From positions 496,001 to 560,000 of the forward strand of contig JAQOWU010000007.1 of NCBI GenBank assembly GCA_030867685.1: a DNA stretch of 64,000 nucleotides. The letters run 5' to 3'. Position 1 is the first letter of the stretch. Each line of letters opens with the position of its first letter. Below the pieces are notes generated by a model. That model saw nothing but the letters and a program-made list of their open reading frames with translations. It had not been told where the DNA came from and did no database searches. Below, piece after piece: positions 53,446 through 62,400 of the stretch. The position numbers and the translations under genes were made by a program. Source of the stretch: Wickerhamiella versatilis (taxonomy: Eukaryota).

Positions 53446-53710
53446 ATGACATTATTTCGAGGAAATCTCTGGCCTAATGCCTACGAGCAATATCTCATCA
53501 TTCATTAGTCACAAGATACTATTCATTATTGGCACATGCATTTAAAGATATTATAATCTAATTAATGAGTTGACAACTTTTCCATACAATTTTGTTTTAT
53601 CCCCATCCGCGTCTCTTAAGCCCTTTCTATGAATAATGTAACGCGACGTTCTGTCGTTTGGAATACTTGCTGACAAGATTACACACTTCTGACAGACGGG
53701 AGACGGGTGT

Positions 53711-54997
53711 ATGGCGACCGAGGGAGAAGACCAACGAAAGAAGAGTGAACAAGATAGCATTGTGCATCAGAAGCCCTCGAGCTCTCTGCTGAGCCGTCAA
53801 ATTCGTGCCATAGGAGCCGATGCGCCGTCAACTAAGATGCTTGACATGTCAGGGTTCAAGAATCTGTTAATTTTAGTCCTAATTGTGGGAAATCTTCGAA
53901 TTCTATGGATCGACTCGAACAGATATGGATTTTTAGCAACATTAAAGGCATTGGGACTGACAATGACGGACTTTAAGCGAATGATGGGTATCATTATTGG
54001 CAACCTTCTATATATGCCTGTGACGCTTGCCATTGAACTATTTATTTCATCTCCAAGGATCGCTTTGGCAATGCAATTCATTCTAGCCCTTGCAGGACTG
54101 CTTATATCCAGCTGGCTTGTGTACACCAAAGTGTCATACCATCCTATCTTGGGCACAGTTGGTGAACTGAACACTATAGTTACTTTTCTTAAAATTTGGA
54201 GTTTTGGATGGGAAAACAGTGCATTACGAATAAATCCGAGGATTTATCGAGAAATATCATATCCGCAAAATTTGACTTTGAAAAACTTGGTCTACTTTTG
54301 GTTTGCACCGACCCTTATATATCAGCCCATATATCCTAGGAACCCGTACCGACGGTGGAATAAGGTGGCTGCTCTCCTTGTTGAGACTTCGATGGGAATA
54401 AGTGGGTTGTGGATCATGGGAACACATGTAGCAGTTCCGATCCTCGAAGACCTTTTGCGGAATTGGCATTGGCATAATTGGCCCAAGGTGGCTGAAAGTT
54501 ATTTGAGTCTTATGACAGCTGGTCTTGTTATTTGGCTTCTGATATTCTTTACATTGTTCCAGTCCTCTTTAAACTTAATCGCAGAGATAACACTATTTGC
54601 TGATCGCTGTTTCTACCTGGACTGGTGGAATGCAAGCTCAGTTGGTACTTTTTGGCGAGATTGGAACAAGCCTGTCTCAAACATGATGCGGCGAAATGTT
54701 TATCAGCCTCTCCGTGAACGAGGATGGGGTCGGAATGTCTCGGCATACGTGGTTTTTTTTGTATCAGCAATTTTGCATGAAATGTGGCTGGGAATTGCCA
54801 CTCGAAATTTCAATGGTGTTGCATTTTTGTGCATGATGGTCCAGCCGGTGCTTATGCTTCTTACAAGGTCACTAGAAAAGCGTCGTGGGCCTCACTCAAC
54901 ACTGGGTAATTGTGTAATGTGGATTACCATTATATTCGGCCAACCACTTGCTGTTATTATCTACTACCTGCAGTGGCAGTTACTCCACAATAGCTAA
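53711..54997 (+). CDS. MBOAT acyltransferase, DGAT1 type (Yarrowia Dga2-like)
   Basis: SGFKNL..LVLIVGNLR, YPQNL...YFWFAPTLIYQP.YPR, FYLDWWN, WNKPV, SAILHE, GNCVMW..IFGQP. Confidence 0.85.
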   Translation: MATEGEDQRKKSEQDSIVHQKPSSSLLSRQIRAIGADAPSTKMLDMSGFKNLLILVLIVGNLRILWIDSNRYGFLATLKALGLTMTDFKRMMGIIIGNLLYMPVTLAIELFISSPRIALAMQFILALAGLLISSWLVYTKVSYHPILGTVGELNTIVTFLKIWSFGWENSALRINPRIYREISYPQNLTLKNLVYFWFAPTLIYQPIYPRNPYRRWNKVAALLVETSMGISGLWIMGTHVAVPILEDLLRNWHWHNWPKVAESYLSLMTAGLVIWLLIFFTLFQSSLNLIAEITLFADRCFYLDWWNASSVGTFWRDWNKPVSNMMRRNVYQPLRERGWGRNVSAYVVFFVSAILHEMWLGIATRNFNGVAFLCMMVQPVLMLLTRSLEKRRGPHSTLGNCVMWITIIFGQPLAVIIYYLQWQLLHNS

Positions 54998-55544
54998 TGT
55001 CTATATTTTGATATGCGGCTATTTCGGCATAAATTCCATCACGGAATGATAAAACTGTTAAGGATTCAATGTTCATGCTATATAACAACAGCGAGGAGTT
55101 TTACTGTATCAATTTCTTGATTGAAGAGGGAAATCGAATATATAGTGACTCTCACCGGAAACGCAGGACAGTTCTTGATAGAGACGGAAAGGTCAGGATA
55201 AATACGGTACAACTCTGCAACCCGTCCCTGAGGTGGGAATTCTCTCCATAGTAAGAAGAATATAATGATATATCATAAAGATTATGCTTAATCTACCTGG
55301 TGGTAAAAGATTCCTCGGATTGAATTGCATACGACAAATATTCTTAGCTCGAGTCAAAAAACATTAAATCGATGTTCTAAGACTTCTGGATAAACAAATA
55401 TATAGAGGTTTATGATTTACGAGCGACATAACTCAATATATTAATGCTTCATAAACGCATTTACTTCTGATAACAAGTTTCCGCAGCACTACATAGTACC
55501 TGAACCGGCAGGGTGCGGGTTATATAATCTGAAAAAGGACGGGG

Positions 55545-56000
55545 ATGTTCAGATTCGGGTCTTTTGTAGACCTAGCGCCTCGCCAGTGCTTTCAGAGTTT
55601 TCAACAGGTTCGTACTAAAACTTTTATTCCCCGAGGTGGAAAAAGTCTTGTACCTCGGAGGGTTCCCAGGAAGCTTCGCGTAGGTGACGTTCGGCCAGCG
55701 ATCTACCACAAATTCGAGCACGTTGTTGAGCTCAGCGATGGCTCCACAATTAAAAGAAAGTCACAGTTTTCAAGGTTGGAATGGAAATACCTCGCTGACC
55801 AGCGCAACACGCCCCTTTGGAACCCAAGTCTTCCTGACCTGCAAGCTCAAGAACTTGATGAGGCTGGAAGGCTTGCTAAATTCCGCAAGCGTTTTGGCAA
55901 CTTGGATGATGATGGTGGACTTGATGACCTGTTGAATGAGGGTGCAGAGCAGATCACTACAGGAAAACTTGCCACTGCGCCTAAGAAAAAGAAGAAATAA
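55545..56000 (+). CDS. MRPL36: Mitochondrial ribosomal protein bL31m
   Basis: Presequence, RPAIYH.F..VELSDGS, DQRNTPLWNP, GRLAKF..RF. Confidence 0.88.
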   Translation: MFRFGSFVDLAPRQCFQSFQQVRTKTFIPRGGKSLVPRRVPRKLRVGDVRPAIYHKFEHVVELSDGSTIKRKSQFSRLEWKYLADQRNTPLWNPSLPDLQAQELDEAGRLAKFRKRFGNLDDDGGLDDLLNEGAEQITTGKLATAPKKKKK

Positions 56001-56189
56001 ATGCTCAAGTTTTGGCTTGCTTCTTCAGCCTTATTGGCTAACCAATATTGTAAATATTTTATACATTTGTCTTTTTATGGTTCACCCAAGTCGTAGTCGT
56101 TGGACATATGAACCTTAATGAAGAAAGAGGCATAGATATATATAGATATGTTAGGCAGAGTATCACTAACAGTCATGGAAAAATGTTCA

Positions 56190-58583
56190 CTATCTAAGAA
56201 CATCCAAGAGATCCAAAATTTCTGGTACACCAGGAAGGTGCCATTTCGCACTGGTGAGCTTGGAATGTGGACCAACCAGGCAGGAAAAAATACCTTTCTG
56301 TAATGAACGCTCGTTGACTACACGGAACATATCTTCATCTGTGGTATCATCTCCAAGACATAAAACGAAATCTGGAGAGACTTTTGCATCCCTAAAAATC
56401 GAACGCACGATCTCGCCCTTATTGAACAATTTCGGCCGGATTTCGATATTGGCTTTTCCGCTCATTACCACAACAGGGTATCTCTCACCGATTGTTATCT
56501 CCAGATACGGACGCAGATGACTGGCCTGAAAAGCCCCGAATATAGGATCAGACCGTCGGTAGTGCCAAGTTATGGCAACTCTCTTGCGTTCAATCCAAGA
56601 ACCCTCTGTGCGCTCTGTGTAAGATTGCAAAACCTCTAGTACCACTTTTTGCCATCCAGGATCAACAGTTGCAGCCAAATCGGTCCACTCGGAATCGCCA
56701 GCATACTTCACAAAGCATCCGTGCTCAGCACTCATGTTGATTGGAAACTCTCCGAGGTGCTTATCTAGAAAAGCCGAATCCCGACCAGAGATTATCCAAA
56801 CTGAGTTACGTTTATCCGCACTAAGGCGTCGCAATATTTTTTTCAGTTTCTCGGATGGAACTGCAGCCGCAGGGTCAGTCACTATCTGTGTGAGGGTTCC
56901 ATCGTAGTCAAATAAGAATAGACGCTTGCTAGCAGCAGAATATGCTTTCTGGAGCTCCTTTACATTAGCCTCTGGTGTAGAGTGTTGAGACTCATGTGTC
57001 ATTCCATGTAACAGCAATCGTGATATAAATGACGTGACGAAGTCTGGAATATTAAATCTGGCGGCCTGGTCATAAAGATCGGACCTTTTTTCGGCTGGTA
57101 AACATAGTGCCTCGTCAAGCGCAGCAGCGACAGCAGAGGGATCATAGGGGTTCACGGCGAAACCACCTTTGAAAGTGCTGGTAAGACCAAGAAACTCACT
57201 CAAGACTATAGGAGCTCTCTGATATCGCTGGCAAGTGATATATTCGAGAGCAGCATGGCAAGTAGCCTCGCGAGTGGGAACAAAATATCCTACAGATGCA
57301 ACTTCCATAAGTGCAAAATACTCGTCCTGGTCAATATGTCTAGCAAAATGCAAAATTGGCGTGTAGTCTATTGTGCCAAAACGTGCATTAATATGGGATA
57401 TTACTTGGGCCAACATCTTTTCATCCTTGTGATTGTGCTGCCATGGTAAGGTCGTTACTTGAATAAGAACAACACGACCACGCCAGCGTGGATGCTTTTC
57501 GAGAAGAATTTCATATGCTCTTAGCTTTTGCAGTATTGAATAAACAGAGTCCAATTTGTCACGCCCCATAATCAATAGTTTATTTTCATATATTCCTTGG
57601 ATTTCCTGGACCATCTGTCTCACTTTTGCACTGCTGGTACGTTCGACGACATGAAACACATCAATCCCCAAAGGCAATGCCATGACTTGCACATATCGAC
57701 CATCTACAAGGAGCTTTTCACCGTCGTGCTCCAACCCTGAAAGACGGGCACAGGTTGATATAAAATGCCGTACGTAGTGCTGCGATTGAAATCCACAAAG
57801 ACTTGCACCTTGCAAACCCTTTAGGAGCTCAGAGCGTTGTGGCAGGCAGCGAATAAACTCAGAAGATGGAAATGGCTCATGAATATATACACCAATAATT
57901 GCTTCTGAGCCTAGCTTTTCACGCAGTAATTGTGGCAAAAGCATAAAATAAGTGTCATGTATCCAGATTATATCGCCAGGCTTATACTGTTCCAGTATAG
58001 CTTCAGCAAATTTGTGATTTAGTTCCTTGTAGGCACTCCACCCTTCTGTAGATTGCTCGATTAATTTATCATCCACGGACTCAACATAATGGAATTTGGG
58101 CCAAATCACACTCTCTGCGTATTCGCGCCAGCGCGCATAGGGCGCATCCAGCCAAACTGGTTTACATGAGTCGCGACCATATTTCTCGCAGAGAAGGCTG
58201 GTGAATCGATCCCTTTCGATCTCATCGAGATTTTGGTTGTCTTCAAAAGTGGTATCCACTTCTCCAGGCCACGCGACATGCAATAATTGCCAATCTGAAT
58301 TAAAAGCCGTGTGATCTATCGTACTTGTGAGTGAAGAGAGCCCTTTTCGAGCTCTCATACTCAAGTATCCGTTCCTATCACGCATAGGCACACGTGTAAA
58401 GTTAGTCGTGACCATAATAATCCGCCCCGAAATGTGTGCTCCTCGACGATGGGCAACCATCGGCGACAAACCGAGGGAGTCATCAGTATAGGCCACAGGA
58501 TGGCTAGGTGGCTTTAATGACGGCAAGACTTCCTCAGGGTCCAGTAAAGGCCCCAAGAAAGGTGTCTTGTGGAGGTACGTCAT
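56190..58583 (-). CDS. TPS2: Trehalose-6-phosphate phosphatase subunit (GT20 plus HAD domains)
   Basis: IWIHD, HEPFPSSE, LIQV, HAD motif LFDYDGTL, IISGRD, SAEHG, GDDTTDEDMF; start 58583 preferred, ORF open from 58694. Confidence 0.92.
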   Translation of the reverse strand: MTYLHKTPFLGPLLDPEEVLPSLKPPSHPVAYTDDSLGLSPMVAHRRGAHISGRIIMVTTNFTRVPMRDRNGYLSMRARKGLSSLTSTIDHTAFNSDWQLLHVAWPGEVDTTFEDNQNLDEIERDRFTSLLCEKYGRDSCKPVWLDAPYARWREYAESVIWPKFHYVESVDDKLIEQSTEGWSAYKELNHKFAEAILEQYKPGDIIWIHDTYFMLLPQLLREKLGSEAIIGVYIHEPFPSSEFIRCLPQRSELLKGLQGASLCGFQSQHYVRHFISTCARLSGLEHDGEKLLVDGRYVQVMALPLGIDVFHVVERTSSAKVRQMVQEIQGIYENKLLIMGRDKLDSVYSILQKLRAYEILLEKHPRWRGRVVLIQVTTLPWQHNHKDEKMLAQVISHINARFGTIDYTPILHFARHIDQDEYFALMEVASVGYFVPTREATCHAALEYITCQRYQRAPIVLSEFLGLTSTFKGGFAVNPYDPSAVAAALDEALCLPAEKRSDLYDQAARFNIPDFVTSFISRLLLHGMTHESQHSTPEANVKELQKAYSAASKRLFLFDYDGTLTQIVTDPAAAVPSEKLKKILRRLSADKRNSVWIISGRDSAFLDKHLGEFPINMSAEHGCFVKYAGDSEWTDLAATVDPGWQKVVLEVLQSYTERTEGSWIERKRVAITWHYRRSDPIFGAFQASHLRPYLEITIGERYPVVVMSGKANIEIRPKLFNKGEIVRSIFRDAKVSPDFVLCLGDDTTDEDMFRVVNERSLQKGIFSCLVGPHSKLTSAKWHLPGVPEILDLLDVLR

Positions 58584-58808
58584 GCACGTCGGATTGATTA
58601 CGCACGAATTGTCGACGCTAGCACTTCTTGCTATATACGAAGATACTAAATGCAGAAAAAGACTAATTTCTCTAGAAATGTTTAGGTTAAGCATGGAATA
58701 AATAATGGTCTCCTTGGCAATAATAAGACTTCACCTTACAGAGATGGATCGATCCCAGACGTTTTCTTTTACGGGAGTCATAAGCTCGGGAAGCTCCTAT
58801 ACAACTGG

Positions 58809-59048
58809 TTATCCACCTGATACTGGTGGAATGAGAGCCAATTCATCACTATTCTTCAACATGGTGGCAGAATCAGTAACATAATCTAGATTCACTGCGA
58901 TAGCACATGTCTTCAGTAAGGTAGAGGCTTCTGGGTGCTTATCAGAGATCAGGTTGACAACTTGATGAACAGTTAATCCTTCAGGAACCTCTAGTACGCT
59001 CTCTGGACCAAACGAATCCTTAAGAGGACCAAAGAACAGCAATTTCAT
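58809..59048 (-). CDS. Molybdopterin synthase sulfur-carrier subunit (MoaD/MOCS2A/CnxG)
   Basis: 79-aa beta-grasp protein: KLLFFG, AVNLDYV, DELALIPPVSGG with terminal diglycine. Confidence 0.9.
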   Translation of the reverse strand: MKLLFFGPLKDSFGPESVLEVPEGLTVHQVVNLISDKHPEASTLLKTCAIAVNLDYVTDSATMLKNSDELALIPPVSGG

Positions 59049-59431
59049 GAAATTAAGACTCGTCTTACGTTAGCGAGTCTCCCGCGGCGGCTCTTGTGAG
59101 ACAGGTACATGTCAACAACCATGTATAGAGTGAAAAGATCCAGCATTAAGGACATAAATATAAATGAATAAATATGAAAGAGTGTTGTAGGCAAGGATCT
59201 TATACCTCTGCAAACAATAAGTCACTATAAAACGTATTCTATACTTTTGACAATTTGTTGCAGCTGCAAAATTAAATATGGTAATGTATAGCTGCTAATA
59301 AATTTGCTGGTTGTCTATTTAGTCGAAATAAAATTACGTGTACAACCATTTTCTTCATGTGCCGACGGAGTTAGTGGGCTAGGGTCTGACAGCTTATCAA
59401 CTCAGCCTGGGGGCCTGGCAATCTTGTCAAA

Positions 59432-62400
59432 ATGACACTTGGTTGGACAGTAGACGAATGGCATTCTGCCCAAGTAGCTGGTAGTGGAAGACAACGTTTG
59501 TTGGATCTTGTGTCAAAGTTTGATAGTGAGAATTCAAAAACGCATATTTGGATCCACGTTGCGACAGCATCTGAAATCAATGCACAATGGGATGAACTTG
59601 AAAGGCTCAATAAAGACTTACCGCTCTGGGGTGTGCCTTTTGCTGTCAAGGATAATATAGATGTGAAGGGTATGCCAACAACAGCCGCTTGCCCCGCATT
59701 TGAATATGATCCAACGGAGAACGCATTTATTGTTGAAAAACTCCGAAATGCTGGTGCTATTGTAGTTGGTAAGACAAACCTGGATCAGTTTGCCACGGGC
59801 CTCGTAGGTGTGCGTTCCCCATATGGGATTGCAACCAACAGTTTTAGCGCTGATCGTGTGCCGGGAGGCTCAAGTTCTGGTAGTGCTGCAATAGTTGGGC
59901 TGGGAGGTGTTCCATTCTCATTAGGCACTGATACAGCAGGATCAGGTCGTGTTCCAGCAGCCCTAAATAACTTGATTGGTGTGAAACCAACTCTAGGCTT
60001 GTGGTCGACCCGAGGCGTAGTGCCGGCATGTAAATCTCTTGACACTGCCACTGTTTTCACTCTGGGTCTTCACGATGCCCAGCTCGTACTTTCCATAGCT
60101 TCAGGATATGACCCAAAATGTGGTTATTCCAGAAAAGCACCTGAAACCGTACCGCAATCATTACCTTATCGACCGCTCATAGGTGTGCCAGCAACCACTC
60201 AATTTTTTGGTGATGATCAGAACCAGTCACTATATAAAAATGCCATCACTCATCTGAGCCAGTTTGCTGACGTCCAGGAGGTAGATTGTACCTCTCTGTA
60301 CAAACTTGCTAAGTTGCTTTACGAAGGACCATGGGTAGTAGAGCGCTATCATGCAGTGCAAGATTATATTTCTCATCCTGAATTAATGGATCCTACAGTC
60401 TACAAGGTAATCAAGCAGGCTGAGAATTACAGTGCTGTGGATGTTTACGATAAGGAGTATCTACGACAGGAGATCCAGCGACAGGCAGGGGAACTATTCA
60501 AACAAGTAGACTTGCTGTGCTTCCCCACATGTCCCCTGAATCCTACTGTCGCAAGTGTACTAGCAGAGCCAGTAAAGGTTAACTCACAACAAGGTGAATA
60601 TACCAACTTTGTCAACCTGGCAGATCTGGCGGCTCTTGCAGTTCCTTCAGGTTTCAGGAAAGATGGTTTACCACAAGGAATTACTTTTATGGGGCCTGCA
60701 TGGTCAGACTACAAGCTATTTAACATAGCAAAGCGCTTTTTGCCTGAAGCAAGGCCCGTAGGTGCTCTTAGTGGAGAAAGACAACTTGACAGTTTGTATG
60801 GGCCAAGGGAGCTAGGCTTAATCCCTGAGACAATACCGCTTGCTGTGGCAGGCGCGCATCTATCGGGAATGCCTCTGAATTGGCAACTAAGAAAGGTGCA
60901 TGCTACTCTTAGTTTCAAGACTAAGACTGCACCTAAGTATTCAGTCTTGGCACTGGATACTACCCCACCGAAGCCTGGTGTGGTTGCTGGCCACTCAAGT
61001 ATAGATGTGGAAGTATGGAATGTGCCTGCAGGATTTTTGGGTGAGTTTTTGACGTGGATTCCTTCACCGCTTGCTCTGGGTCAAATAGAACTAGCTGATG
61101 GTTCGAAAGTTACAGGGTTTGTATGCACCACGAGCGATGGCAAGGATATAACGAATATCGGATGGCGCTCTTACGTCGCGTCAAAGGGTGGCAAGCCATT
61201 TACCAAGGTACTTGTAGCAAACAGGGGTGAAATTGCGGTGAGACTTATTCGCACCCTCAAGACTCTGGGTATAAAATCTGTTGCGATATATTCTGAATCT
61301 GATCGCTATGCCCAGCATGTCAAGGATGCTGATGAAGCGGTAGATCTTCATGGAGTGAAACCAGCAACTACTTATCTGAGTTTCCGCAAAATCATCGATG
61401 CTTGTAAAGCCACAGGTGCCGAGGCAATTCTTCCCGGCTATGGTTTCCTCAGTGAGAATCCCGATTTCGCCGACTTATGTGAAAAGGAGGGAATAATATT
61501 CGTGGGTCCATCCGGAGCCGCTATGCGTGCTCTTGGATTAAAACACAGTGCACGAAAGATTGCTCGAGAGGCTGGTGTTCCGCTTGTTCCAGGATCTGAT
61601 CTAGTTAATTCCACGGAAGAGGCGCTGGCTGAGGCGAAGAAAATCGGATACCCCGTTATGTTAAAATCAACAGCAGGAGGTGGTGGAATCGGTTTACAGA
61701 AGGTAGAAACAGAGGCGGAACTACCCAATGCCTTCAGCACGGTGAAACATCAAGCACAGCAGTACTTTGGTGATGCTGGTGTTTTTGTTGAAGCGTTTGT
61801 TTCCAATGCGCGACATGTCGAGGTTCAAGTACTCGGCGACGGCAAGGGTGGTGCAGCGTCCCTTGGCCAGAGAGATTGCTCACTTCAGAGAAGAAATCAA
61901 AAAATAATCGAAGAGACACCGGCGCCTGGGATTCGCCCTGAGTTAGCGCAATCTATGGAAGCAGCATCCAGATCTCTGGTATCGATGTTAAAGTACAAGT
62001 GTGCAGGGACAGTTGAATATATATATGATGCAAAGCGAGAGGCATTCTACTTCCTTGAGGTCAATGCCCGTTTGCAAGTAGAGCACCCAATTACGGAGGA
62101 GGTATTTGGTGTTGACTTGGTAGAGCTTATGCTTCGTTTGGCGGCTGATCAAAACATATTTCCTCTAAATCTTGAGCCCAAAGGCTGGGCCATGGAGGCA
62201 CGATTGTATGCGGAGAATCCTGTGCGTGGGTTCTTGCCTTCCCCAGGTCAGATTTCAGGTATAACCTGGCCCAAAGACTCCCGGATTGATGGCTGGGTGT
62301 CTAAGGGAACTATAGTTAGTTCTGAGTATGATCCAACTCTGGCGAAACTAATTGTTAAGGCCCCAACACGGGAGCAATGCCTCAAGAAACTTGAGAAGTC

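Noticed and set aside
58809-59048. Urm1 or ThiS as the identity of the small diglycine protein
   Set aside because: The DELALIPPVSGG ending and LFFG start fit MoaD/MOCS2A; Urm1 ends in LHGG.
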